Shown here: piece by piece, positions 50,176 to 59,892 of the stretch
Layout of the letters: the number at the start of each line of letters is the position of its first letter
Numbering within the stretch: the first letter of the stretch is position 1
Notes under the pieces: model-generated
Told to the model about the DNA's origin: nothing
The model's input: only the letters and a program-made list of their open reading frames with translations
The model's database searches: none
From: Nitrospinaceae bacterium
GTDB lineage: Bacteria > Nitrospinota > Nitrospinia > Nitrospinales > Nitrospinaceae
DNA: 64,000 nucleotides
Reading direction: 5' to 3'
NCBI GenBank assembly: GCA_965223665.1
Contig: OZ245011.1
Location: 320,001-384,000, forward strand
Translations under genes and position numbers: made by a program

Positions 50176-52806
50176 TTAATTGGCTTTTGAAATTTTTACT
50201 GATACTAATCCTTCTTCCCCGTTTCTTAACATGTTAATAGGAATATCGGGCCAGTTTTTAGGAATATAAACAATTCCTTTTGGAGATCTACCATTGACTT
50301 CTACCGGTAAATCTACAGATAAGGATTGTGATTCCACACGAATTTTATCGCCAGATTGAATTCCCAATTCTTTGGCATCAGCTGAATTAATTTCTGCAAT
50401 ACAATCAGGGCCAACATCCACGAGAGCTTTTGCATAGTGTGTGTAATTACCAATATGAAACATGTGATTATTAGCAATTAACTTCATTGGAAATCCATCC
50501 TTATCGGATTGGGAGTCGCCTTCAGTTACGATAGAAAACCCTGGTTTGTCACCAGATTTTGTAGGAGTCCATTGTTTATACCGGTTACCAGGGAACAGTC
50601 CCCGGTAGGAAGGGGTAACCTTTTCAATTTCTTCATGTAAATCAGAAAGAAACGTATAATCTAAGGTTTTCCCACATTTGTCAGCTAATTCTATGAAAAT
50701 ATCAAAATCTGGACGGGATTGACCTTGAGGTAAAACGGCAGGTGCCACTTTCTGAACATGCCGTGTCATATTTGTGAAAGTTCCTTCTTTTTCCGCATAA
50801 GTACTTGTGGGTAAAATTATGTCGGCTAATTTTGCTGTTTCTGTCATATAAACATCCTGAACCACCAGGAATGGGACCGTTCGCAAGGCCTCTTTTGCCA
50901 ATGACCCCTTATAGTAGGAGTGACAAGGATCCTCTCCGGCAATGTAGAGCATTTTTACCCAACCTTTGACACAGTTATTCCAAAGGTCCTCCACTAAGTT
51001 ATCTTGTTCAAGTTTTAATTCCTTGACTCCCCATGCTTCGCCCAAGTTTTTGAGTGCGTCAGTATCATTAAGGGATTGGTAACCTGGCAAATAAGCAGAT
51101 GTCATTCCCATATCATTAACGCCCTGAGAATTACAATGTTCTCTTGGAGGATAGGCGCTAACGCTACCTTCACCACCAATATGAACCAATACACACAAAT
51201 TCAAAATGGCAGCTAATATGTTTTTGCCCTGGCCGGTATCTAATATATCGTTTCCTAAAAGAATGAACCGATCTGCTTTTTTAGCGAATTTTTCAGCAGC
51301 TTCTGTTAACAAAGTGTCGCTAATTCCAGTCGCTTTTTCTGCATAATCGGCAGTGTACTTTGTTAGCGAATTGGATAATTCATTAAAATTAGAAATAGCC
51401 GATTTTACTTTTTCTAAATCTACAAGGTTTTTTTCAATAATAATCTGGCATATTCGGTTTGCAATTACTAGATCTGATCCAGGTGAATAAGTGAGGCGCG
51501 TTTCTGATCTGGACTCATGTTTAAATTCAACTTTTCTCGGATTTGCAATTAGAATATCTGTATTGAGTCTTATTGCCGCTTTACGAATTGCATTTCCTGC
51601 TACTGGGTATTCTGAAGGAATGTCGGTATTAAACAAAAGGACTACATCCGCTTTTTCCAATTCAGGAATAGGTTTGCTGATTATTCCATTATCAAAACAA
51701 CCAACCATGAATTCATTAAGATAAGGGGCTCTTAAATTTGCCAGATTAGTTACCTGATTGGAGCCTAAGATTCCGCGATAAAGTTTTTGTAATAGATAGT
51801 TTTCTTCATTGGTTAGTTTTTCTCCTCCAATTGCTGCAATAGTATGCGGTCCACTTCGATTGACTGTTGTTTTGAATCGGTCCGCGATGGTATCTAAGGC
51901 TTCTTCCCAAGAAATTTCTTTAAAGGTTCCACCCACGTTCATTAATGGGGTTTGAATCCTCTTTTCATTTTGAACCATTCCATGGCCGAACCGACCTTTA
52001 GCACAGAGATTACCTTCGTTGATTCCAACATCAAAATTCTCATCGGCTTCAATTCGGATTAAATTTCCTTTTTTTGTTTGAAGGCGGATTGTACAACCCC
52101 AGGAACAAAAGTTACAGGTAGAATGCGTATTATCAAACATTGCAGCCAATCCTCTTGCCTCTGAGGATAGGTCCATTAAAGCACCGGTTGGGCAAACGGT
52201 AATACACTGGCCACAAAATTCACAATCAAGCGGCTCATCATTTGCAGTTCCAATTGTTACTTTATACCCGCGCTTATGGAAGTCCAGCGCCTGGACTCCT
52301 TGAACTTCGTCACAAACCCGAACGCACATCCCGCACATAATGCATCGGTTTAAATAAAATTCGATAATGGGATTTGTTTTAATACTTGGTTCGTTTCGAC
52401 GTTTGATTTCAAACCGGCCATTATAAAGCTTTAGCCAATCTGTATTGTCTTGAAGAGGACAAACTCCGGATTTGTCGCAAATGGGGCAATCTAAAGGATG
52501 TTCAACCAAAAGCATTTCAAGACAAGCCTGATTATACCGGTTGGTTTCCTCCGTATCACTTTTGATTTCCATTCCCTCTGAGACGGGATGAGTGCAGGAA
52601 TAGACCAAATCTTTTTTGCCATCCACCTGCACTTCCACCATACAGGTTCTGCAGGCAGCAAATGGTTTCAATTGTCGGTTAGAGCAAAGGTTTGTGATGT
52701 AAATTCCTTCACGTTTAGCCGCATCTAAAATTACTGTTCCCTCAGGGGCGGAATATGGTTTCCCATTGATTGAGAAATTGACGACCTTTTGTTCTTTAAC
52801 GCTCAT
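50176..52806 (-). CDS. nuoG: NuoG-like / formate dehydrogenase-alpha-fold Fe-S protein without the catalytic Cys/Sec
   Basis: 2Fe-2S (C..AACRTC..C), HPLDCPICD..C, CIMCGMCVRVC, CEFCGQCITVCP, CNFCSWGC..C, molybdopterin-fold domains. Confidence 0.8.
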   Translation of the reverse strand: MSVKEQKVVNFSINGKPYSAPEGTVILDAAKREGIYITNLCSNRQLKPFAACRTCMVEVQVDGKKDLVYSCTHPVSEGMEIKSDTEETNRYNQACLEMLLVEHPLDCPICDKSGVCPLQDNTDWLKLYNGRFEIKRRNEPSIKTNPIIEFYLNRCIMCGMCVRVCDEVQGVQALDFHKRGYKVTIGTANDEPLDCEFCGQCITVCPTGALMDLSSEARGLAAMFDNTHSTCNFCSWGCTIRLQTKKGNLIRIEADENFDVGINEGNLCAKGRFGHGMVQNEKRIQTPLMNVGGTFKEISWEEALDTIADRFKTTVNRSGPHTIAAIGGEKLTNEENYLLQKLYRGILGSNQVTNLANLRAPYLNEFMVGCFDNGIISKPIPELEKADVVLLFNTDIPSEYPVAGNAIRKAAIRLNTDILIANPRKVEFKHESRSETRLTYSPGSDLVIANRICQIIIEKNLVDLEKVKSAISNFNELSNSLTKYTADYAEKATGISDTLLTEAAEKFAKKADRFILLGNDILDTGQGKNILAAILNLCVLVHIGGEGSVSAYPPREHCNSQGVNDMGMTSAYLPGYQSLNDTDALKNLGEAWGVKELKLEQDNLVEDLWNNCVKGWVKMLYIAGEDPCHSYYKGSLAKEALRTVPFLVVQDVYMTETAKLADIILPTSTYAEKEGTFTNMTRHVQKVAPAVLPQGQSRPDFDIFIELADKCGKTLDYTFLSDLHEEIEKVTPSYRGLFPGNRYKQWTPTKSGDKPGFSIVTEGDSQSDKDGFPMKLIANNHMFHIGNYTHYAKALVDVGPDCIAEINSADAKELGIQSGDKIRVESQSLSVDLPVEVNGRSPKGIVYIPKNWPDIPINMLRNGEEGLVSVKISKAN

Positions 52807-52825
52807 TCGATCTCAACTCCAATTC

Positions 52826-53347
52826 TTAATCGTCAACCGAGTACTGATCACAAATATCATAGGTTTTTTCAGGGTCAATGCTACCATGAGTGTCATCGCC
52901 AATGATAGCCATTGGTGCAGCCCCACAGTTTCCTAAACAAGAAGCAAACTCTAAGGTAAATAACTTGCTTGGATCAGTTTCTCCCTGTCCCATATTGTAT
53001 TTTTCTTTGAGCTTTTCAGCGATTATAGGAGCCCCTTTTACAAAACATGCTGTTCCATAACACAATTTATATATGTATTTCCCAGGTTCAGTTATACGAA
53101 ATTGTTTATAAAAAGAAATCACTCCATAAATTTCTGCACGGGTTAAATTAAGCTCATCCATGATGACTTGAATGGTTTCCTCAGGTAGCCACCGGAATTG
53201 TTCCTGTACTTTTCCCAAAATTGGAATCAAAAATTGGCGGGAGCGGCTGGGAAATTGATCTAAAACCTTGTAAACCACTTCCAGGTCTATTGATTCATCT
53301 TTTATTTCAGGGGAAGGTTCGGTATTTTCTGAAGTAGTAGAGTTCAT
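52826..53347 (-). CDS. nuoE: NADH-quinone oxidoreductase subunit E (thioredoxin-like 2Fe-2S)
   Basis: LIPIL..VQ, GVISFY, CYGTAC...CLGNC. Confidence 0.9.
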   Translation of the reverse strand: MNSTTSENTEPSPEIKDESIDLEVVYKVLDQFPSRSRQFLIPILGKVQEQFRWLPEETIQVIMDELNLTRAEIYGVISFYKQFRITEPGKYIYKLCYGTACFVKGAPIIAEKLKEKYNMGQGETDPSKLFTLEFASCLGNCGAAPMAIIGDDTHGSIDPEKTYDICDQYSVDD

Positions 53348-53455
53348 GGAATATAAATTTTTTAGAGAACTAACTCCAAAAGTTGCTTGTTAATTAGTTC
53401 GGTTGACGAGCTAGTTTGTTGTTTAATATAACGCCAAAACAATTAAAAAACACGA

Positions 53456-53485
53456 AGTATATAGGCCCAAATCCATAACTGTCAA
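53456..53485 (-). promoter_or_regulatory. Candidate sigma-70 promoter of the nuoE-G-D operon
   Basis: Minus strand TTGACA-N18-TATACT, about 110 nt upstream of nuoE. Confidence 0.5.
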
Positions 53486-53814
53486 CTTAATAATTGATTA
53501 AAGATAGGAGTAGGAAATGAATTAAAGTTAAAGGTAGATTTTTTATTTCAAAATTTGTTTTTTCAAGGCTAAACGAAGTATGATTTCTGGTTTTTCCAGC
53601 TTTTTTAGGAAAAGTGAAATTATTAATATTGCTACTAAAAAGGTGGTTTATTAGCCAACAACAGGTTGCAAAAATTGAAGAAAACTATTTACATACCTTT
53701 AAGGAATGTTTTGCCAAATATATAAATTTAAAATAGCTGGAATTGGAGCAAAATCTTGGTATGAAGTTAATCTAAAGAATACCTACTTTAGGGTATTTTT
53801 GCGAATGGATAGTC

Positions 53815-56070
53815 TTACTTTAAATTGTACTGTGATTTTGAATAAACAGGTTGTATCGAAGGCAACTGATCAGTTGATTTTAATTGGATTAGGTTAGAAT
53901 AAGCCCCTGAATGTTTGGGGTTTATAGATAAGGCGGTTTGAAAAGCCTCAAAAGCTGCTTTTTTGTTGTTAGTATTCAAATAATACTCTCCCAATGAAAA
54001 ATAAATATCTTCATCCTGGGGATTATTCTTTAAAGCCTTTTTTAAAGTGTAAATAGCTTCCCAATATTGATTCATTTCCCCTAAAGACCAAGCGATATTT
54101 TTATAAAGTTGGCTGTTTTGAGGATACTTTTTCAAGGCTTTTTTAAAAGTTTGTATGGCCTCCTGATGACGTCCCAGTAATTCGTAAACGAGTCCCAATT
54201 GATTTAAAGATTTTAAGTGGTCTTTATCGTATAAAAGTGCTTTTTGAAGGGCGTCTATGGCTGTTTCATGACGACTCAAAATTGTATTTATTTTCCCGAT
54301 CTGATAGTACACATTTGCTTTGCTGGGACTCAATTCAATTGCTTTTTGGTAAACATTTAAGGCTTCTTCGTATCGATCAAGTTTTAAAAAAGCTGTGGCT
54401 AACCCAATTAACAGTTTTTGATTTGTAGGTTCTTTTTCCAAGGATTTTTCATAAGGGAAAATAGCCAGTTTAAATTGATGGGTTTTTAGATAATTTTCAG
54501 CAATCAACTTTTGGGCTTTTAAATTGTCAGGCTGTTTTTGAATAATTTTTTTTAGATAAAATATTCCCTGCTTGGGTTGATTTAGATAAGAATAAGCAAA
54601 ACCCAATCCAAACTCCGCTCCAAAGTTGTTTGGAATTAATTTCAAAGATTTTAAAAAAGGGTTAATCGACTTTTTATAATTTGAAAGCTTTAAATATGCT
54701 TGTCCAAGGTATTGAAACCCCCATCCCAACTTTTTGTCTAACCGAGTTGCTTGTTTTAACGGGAGTATGGCCTCTTTATATTCTTTTGTAAAATAAAGTG
54801 ATCGTCCCAGATTGAACCAGGTTTCGGCTGAATTTTTATTGTGTTTTAAAGTTTCTCTTAATTCAGGAATAGCGTGAGCATATAGCTCCATTTCCAAAAA
54901 ACATTTTGATAGTTTTTCATGGGCCTCTTTGTGGTTTGGATTCAATCGAACCACTTCTTGAAAAGCAGATACTGCTTCAGGATATTGTTTTAAATCAAAG
55001 TTTATTTTGCCTATCTTATAAAAGGATTTTATGCTCTTAGGATTTACCCTGACCACTTGTCGGTATTGTTCAATGGCTTTATGGGGAAAGTTTAACTTTT
55101 CATAGGATTGGGCCATTTTATAATAAGCGGTCTTATAATTTTTGTTTAACCTAACAGCCTCTGCAAAATATTTATTGGCTTTTTTAAGATTTTGCAATTT
55201 ATAGTAAATCCAACCTAATTTATAAAAAGCTTTTGAGTCTTTAAACCTGACTTTGATCAATTTTTTATAAGGCTTTATTGCTAATTTTAGTTTTCCAAGG
55301 TTGATATAAGCTTTTCCTAAATACTCCAAAGCAATGTCATTACTTGGATAAATAATCAATGCATCTTTTAAAGGTTTGAGAGCCTGTTCGGAGTGTCCTG
55401 ATTTTACTAAGGTCCGCCCAATAGCGGCATGAATTGAGTGCAAATTTGGGGAGAGGTCCAAAGCTTCCTGATAATACATTATGGCACTTTGATATTTTTT
55501 TAAAGCCTCAAAGTTTTCCCCAAGCTCCAAAAGCCAATCTGGTTGGTTGGGGTCCAATTGTAGGGCCTTTTGAATTTCCTCAACAGCTTTTTGGTGGTTT
55601 TTTAGTTTTGAAAGGGTTGCTCCCAATGCAAAATGGGAAGAGGCCAAATTGGGACTTAAATTAATTGAGGTTTCAAGGTGTTCTTTAGCTTTGGAATAAC
55701 GTTGCAATAAACGGTAAGCATTTCCTAAACCATATTGAGCTTCAGGATAATTGGGATCCAGTTGCACAGCCTCTAAATAAGATTGAGCCGCTTTTTTATT
55801 TTTATGTAAGGCAAGGTAGCTTTCGCCCAAATGAAAATAGGCTGATGGAAATAGGGGTTCTAATTCAATTACTTTTTTATATTCTTGAATGGCTTCTTTA
55901 TATAATCCCATTTGTTCAAATGATCGGGCTAAACCAAAATGCGCCAGGTGGTCATTTGGGTTGGTTTTCAAGACCATTTTATAATCTTGGACACCCAAAA
56001 AATCCGCAAAACATGGAGAAAAAGTTCCCAAAATCCAAAAACAACTGAATGCGATAAATAGTTTTTTCAA
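53815..56070 (-). CDS. Secreted all-TPR protein (about 20 repeats)
   Basis: Signal peptide, then continuous 34-aa repeats A...LG..Y......EA...Y.KA..L.P. Confidence 0.9.
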   Translation of the reverse strand: MKKLFIAFSCFWILGTFSPCFADFLGVQDYKMVLKTNPNDHLAHFGLARSFEQMGLYKEAIQEYKKVIELEPLFPSAYFHLGESYLALHKNKKAAQSYLEAVQLDPNYPEAQYGLGNAYRLLQRYSKAKEHLETSINLSPNLASSHFALGATLSKLKNHQKAVEEIQKALQLDPNQPDWLLELGENFEALKKYQSAIMYYQEALDLSPNLHSIHAAIGRTLVKSGHSEQALKPLKDALIIYPSNDIALEYLGKAYINLGKLKLAIKPYKKLIKVRFKDSKAFYKLGWIYYKLQNLKKANKYFAEAVRLNKNYKTAYYKMAQSYEKLNFPHKAIEQYRQVVRVNPKSIKSFYKIGKINFDLKQYPEAVSAFQEVVRLNPNHKEAHEKLSKCFLEMELYAHAIPELRETLKHNKNSAETWFNLGRSLYFTKEYKEAILPLKQATRLDKKLGWGFQYLGQAYLKLSNYKKSINPFLKSLKLIPNNFGAEFGLGFAYSYLNQPKQGIFYLKKIIQKQPDNLKAQKLIAENYLKTHQFKLAIFPYEKSLEKEPTNQKLLIGLATAFLKLDRYEEALNVYQKAIELSPSKANVYYQIGKINTILSRHETAIDALQKALLYDKDHLKSLNQLGLVYELLGRHQEAIQTFKKALKKYPQNSQLYKNIAWSLGEMNQYWEAIYTLKKALKNNPQDEDIYFSLGEYYLNTNNKKAAFEAFQTALSINPKHSGAYSNLIQLKSTDQLPSIQPVYSKSQYNLK

Positions 56071-56182
56071 TAGGTTTCCCTCAATATCAGTTCTTTTCTC
56101 CTATCGGCATTTTTATCTAAAAAAATAGTGTGTGGTTAATAAATTGAGGTGGAATTGAAAAAACTGATCTAATGGTACTGAA

Positions 56183-57199
56183 TTAGCCTTGCTTACGATG
56201 AAGTTGATACTTACGGACGGCAAAATTATGGTCTTTTAAATTATTTGAAAATTGGTGGCTTCCATCTTGTCGTGAAACAAAATAAAGATGGTTGGTTTGG
56301 GCAGGTTGGATCGCGGCATGTATGGAAGCCAACCCGGGATTCGCAATGGGGCCAGGGGGCAGACCAAAATGCTTATAAGTATTGTACGGTGAATCAATGG
56401 ATAAATCTTTTTTTCTAATATTCCCATCAAAATGAGCCATGGCATAAATTACCGTTGGATCGGTCTGGAGTCGCATTCTTTTCTCAAGGCGATTATGGAA
56501 AACAGAAGAAATAATTTTTCTTTCGGAGTCCAATCCGGTTTCTTTTTCGATAAGAGAGGCTAAAGTTATCACTTCATGAAAGGTTAACCCTGATTCTTTT
56601 ATCATTTCTTTAGTTGATGGATTCAAAACCTTTTCTTTAAATGTATCAACCATTTTCTCAATGATTTTTCGCTCTCCAGTGTTTTTGCTGAAACGATAGG
56701 TTTCTGGAAAGAGGTATCCTTCTAAACTCTCTGCAGATATTTTTAAAGATTTAATTAATTCAGAGTTTTGTGTTTCTGAAATAAATTTTTTAGAATTGAC
56801 TAAGCCTTCTTTTTCTAAAATCGACGCAATTTCAGCAATGCGATGGCCCTCTGGTATGGTTACGGTATGTAGATGGGTACGGCCGTTGGAAATAATATCC
56901 AGGATTTCGTATGGTGTCATTTGCCCTGATAATTGATATTCACCCGCTTGAATGTGGTCTTGCTTTCCTTGAAAATAGGTGAACATCATGAATTGTTTTT
57001 CACTTGAAATTATTTTCTTGGATTCTAATTGATGGGAGACTTGACGCAACGTTGTTCCATTAGGAATTTCTAAAACTGAAAGATTTGAAGGGATGTTGCT
57101 TGGGGAAAATGCGAAATTATAAAGGGTGCCAACAATAGAAATACATAGAACAACAACTAATATTGCTAAACCCACTAAAAATTTTTTTATGGTTCGCAT
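56183..57199 (-). CDS. mltG: Endolytic transglycosylase
   Basis: TIPEG, LEGYLFPETY, LASLIEKET, LQTDPTV, SPYNTY...GLPPGPI. ATG 57199 preferred. Confidence 0.95.
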   Translation of the reverse strand: MRTIKKFLVGLAILVVVLCISIVGTLYNFAFSPSNIPSNLSVLEIPNGTTLRQVSHQLESKKIISSEKQFMMFTYFQGKQDHIQAGEYQLSGQMTPYEILDIISNGRTHLHTVTIPEGHRIAEIASILEKEGLVNSKKFISETQNSELIKSLKISAESLEGYLFPETYRFSKNTGERKIIEKMVDTFKEKVLNPSTKEMIKESGLTFHEVITLASLIEKETGLDSERKIISSVFHNRLEKRMRLQTDPTVIYAMAHFDGNIRKKDLSIDSPYNTYKHFGLPPGPIANPGLASIHAAIQPAQTNHLYFVSRQDGSHQFSNNLKDHNFAVRKYQLHRKQG

Positions 57200-57254
57200 A
57201 AAAGGAATCCCCAAATGTTGGATAATTTATGAATCGGCAATTTTGGGGTTTGCC

Positions 57255-58325
57255 TTAATTGATGATTTCTTTTAATTTTTCAAGAAATGCATCATTTTCC
57301 TCAGGAGTTCCAATAGTAACCCTTAGGCAGTTTTTAAGCCTGGGGTGACTGCTGAGGTCACGAATTAGTATACCTCTTTCTGCCAATTGATTAAATAGTT
57401 CTGTTGAATTATGGGTTGTGCGAAAAAGTATAAAATTAGCATCTGAAGAAAATACAGCTAAGGAAGAAAACTGGGAAAGTGATTTTTTAACTCGGTCTCT
57501 TTCTTGAAGTATGGTATCTATTTGTTCTTGAATAGGTTCAAAGTTGTTTAACAATTGTTCAGCTAAGTTTTGCGAAACTGTGTTGGAATTGTATGGCAAT
57601 CTCACCTTATTGATTTCATTGATTATAATGGGGTCTGCGATGGCGTATCCCACTCGCAGTCCAGCCAAGCCAATTTTAGAAAGACTTCGTAAGATTATGA
57701 CATTATTGTGGTTTGAAATTTTCTCTAAATAGGTCGTTTTCGAAAAATCAAAATACGCTTCATCTACCACAACTATTCCAGAAAAGTTTTCTATCACCAG
57801 TTGAATTTCTTTTTGGGAAAAGCAATTTCCAGTTGGATTGTTAGGATAACTAAAAAATATAATTTTAGGTTTGTTATCTTTAATTGAGCTTAATAAATCG
57901 TTTGCTTTAAAATTCCATTGCGCATCTAGAGGAATGGTGTGTGTTTTTAAGCCCATACCTTTTGCTAATATGGAATACATTGCGAAAGTAGGGTCAGGAA
58001 AGGCAACTGTTTCACCCATATCACAAAAAATCTGTAAAATGATTTGAATCAATTCATCTGAACCATTTCCTAATACCAGGGACTCTGTGGAAATATTTAA
58101 TTTTTTTGACAAAGTTTTTCTTAAGGTTGCCGAATCAGGGTCGGGGTATCGATTCAAATCGTAAGTACGAAAGGATTCCTCAAATAATTTTTGAATACTT
58201 GAAGGAAGGGGAAACGAATTTTCATTTGCATGTAATTTGACAGCGCAATCAACGTTATCCACATGATAAGGTTTTAAAGTTTTTACTTTGTCTTTTACCA
58301 AAGCTAGTAAGTCTACATTTGCCAT
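57255..58325 (-). CDS. hisC: Histidinol-phosphate aminotransferase
   Basis: KLHANEN, NRYPD, GNGSDE, PNNPTG, DEAY, RSLSK.GLAGLRVG. Confidence 0.95.
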   Translation of the reverse strand: MANVDLLALVKDKVKTLKPYHVDNVDCAVKLHANENSFPLPSSIQKLFEESFRTYDLNRYPDPDSATLRKTLSKKLNISTESLVLGNGSDELIQIILQIFCDMGETVAFPDPTFAMYSILAKGMGLKTHTIPLDAQWNFKANDLLSSIKDNKPKIIFFSYPNNPTGNCFSQKEIQLVIENFSGIVVVDEAYFDFSKTTYLEKISNHNNVIILRSLSKIGLAGLRVGYAIADPIIINEINKVRLPYNSNTVSQNLAEQLLNNFEPIQEQIDTILQERDRVKKSLSQFSSLAVFSSDANFILFRTTHNSTELFNQLAERGILIRDLSSHPRLKNCLRVTIGTPEENDAFLEKLKEIIN

Positions 58326-58330
58326 AAAAG

Positions 58331-58951
58331 TTAATCCATTTCCATTAGTTCTCTTAAGCTAGGACAAGAACTTTGAAACCTATTAGTTTTGCTTTTTTCC
58401 GCCTGAACAATTGCTGAAATATTTTTAACCACATCTTCTACTACATTATTAGTTAATACATAGTCGTACAAGGACCATTTTTTTATTTCTAGTTTTCCAA
58501 CTTCAATTCGTTGATCAATTTTTTCTGCTGACTCAGTTCCCCTGCTATTGAGGCGATTTTTTAGCTCTTCCAAGGAAGGAGGTAGGATGAATATGAAAAT
58601 ACCGTTAAAATTTATCTTTTTTAATTTTTCTGCTCCTTGTACATCAATTTCCAAAATTAAATCATTTCCTTTATCTAGAATATTCTCAATTGTGGAATGG
58701 GCGGTTCCATAAAAATTTCCATAAATTTCAGCCCATTCCAAAAATTCGTCCTCTTTAATCATTTCTTGAAATTGACTTTTGCTAATAAAGAAATAGTCTT
58801 TTCCATCAGTTTCATTGGTTCTTGGGGATCGAGTGGTATGAGAAATGGAAAACTTAATATCTGGAAAATCCGTTTTTAATTTCTGACAAATAGTGGTTTT
58901 GCCTGTTCCCGAAGGAGCTGAAAGAATAATGGCTAAACCTTTTTGTTTCAT
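58331..58951 (-). CDS. gmk: Guanylate kinase
   Basis: SAPSGTGKT, SHTTRSPR..E.DG.DY.F, EIDVQG. Confidence 0.96.
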   Translation of the reverse strand: MKQKGLAIILSAPSGTGKTTICQKLKTDFPDIKFSISHTTRSPRTNETDGKDYFFISKSQFQEMIKEDEFLEWAEIYGNFYGTAHSTIENILDKGNDLILEIDVQGAEKLKKINFNGIFIFILPPSLEELKNRLNSRGTESAEKIDQRIEVGKLEIKKWSLYDYVLTNNVVEDVVKNISAIVQAEKSKTNRFQSSCPSLRELMEMD

Positions 58952-58996
58952 TCAGTTGTGATCCCTAATTATAGTTTTGATAGAAATAGTGACAGG

Positions 58997-59878
58997 TCAT
59001 TCGATGTTTTGGAGTTGCTCGCGTATTTTTTCCAAGTGGCTTTTTATTTCGATGACTTTTTGGGAGATTTCATAGTCAGGAGATTTCGATCCAATAGTGT
59101 TCACTTCCCTATTAATTTCCTGGACTATAAATTCCAATTTTCTTCCAATGGGTTCTGTCATTTTAATAAAATCAAAGAACTGTTTTAAATGGCAATTCAT
59201 TCGGGTTAGTTCTTCAGAGATATCGCATCTGTCTGCAAATAATGCTACCTCTTGAGCTAATCGCCCGGGATCCAGTTCAATTCCTTCAGAAAGGGTTTTA
59301 ACTTTCTCATTAAGCTTATGCTTATAATCTTCTACGACTTGAGGTTGTCTCAGACTAATCTGCTGATTTAAAGTTTCAATGGTTTGAATATTTTTAGTTA
59401 AATCATTTTGCAAATGCTTCCCTTCTTCCTGCCTCATTTTTATTAAAGAAATTAATGCCTCCTCCACGGACTCTAAAACTAAAGACTCCTGATTTTCATC
59501 AAGTGACATGGGTTCAGTTTTGATAATGTCTTTAACATTTAAAAGTGCTTCCAAAGGAAAATCACCAGAAAGTCCAACCTCATTTTTAATTTTTTCTAGT
59601 GCCTGGATATATTGTTTTGCCAAAGGGACATTAGATGTAACTTCTAAATCTGATCCGTTTTCTTCATTCTTTTCTACATTAATGAATATGTCAAAAGAAC
59701 CACGAGAACATTTGGATTTTATTAATTTTTTTAGAGGAAGTTCCAGCGAGGAAAGATATTTAGGAAAACGAGCATTAATATCAATAAAGCGGTTATTAAC
59801 AGAACGGATCTCAACCTTACAGGATATTATTCCATTCTGTTTTTCTGACCGGCCATAGCCGGTCATACTTTTTAGCAT
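58997..59878 (-). CDS. yicC: YicC/YloC-family endoribonuclease
   Basis: SMTGYG, EIRSVN.RF, DISEELTR, GRKLEFIVQE.NRE.NTIGSK, REQLQNIE. Confidence 0.93.
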   Translation of the reverse strand: MLKSMTGYGRSEKQNGIISCKVEIRSVNNRFIDINARFPKYLSSLELPLKKLIKSKCSRGSFDIFINVEKNEENGSDLEVTSNVPLAKQYIQALEKIKNEVGLSGDFPLEALLNVKDIIKTEPMSLDENQESLVLESVEEALISLIKMRQEEGKHLQNDLTKNIQTIETLNQQISLRQPQVVEDYKHKLNEKVKTLSEGIELDPGRLAQEVALFADRCDISEELTRMNCHLKQFFDFIKMTEPIGRKLEFIVQEINREVNTIGSKSPDYEISQKVIEIKSHLEKIREQLQNIE

Positions 59879-59892
59879 TCCTTTAACAACCT

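Noticed and set aside
50176-52806. Formate dehydrogenase alpha subunit or selenoprotein
   Set aside because: There is no Cys/Sec-His at the active-site position and no in-frame TGA.
53815-56070. Repetitive region that might be a DNA repeat array
   Set aside because: The periodicity is at the protein level (34-aa TPRs) and the DNA units are highly diverged.
58331-59878. Missing remA/rpoZ around yicC-gmk, and missing oppA/D/F next to oppBC
   Set aside because: There are no gene remnants in the short gaps. Simple rearrangement is common and the genes are probably elsewhere.
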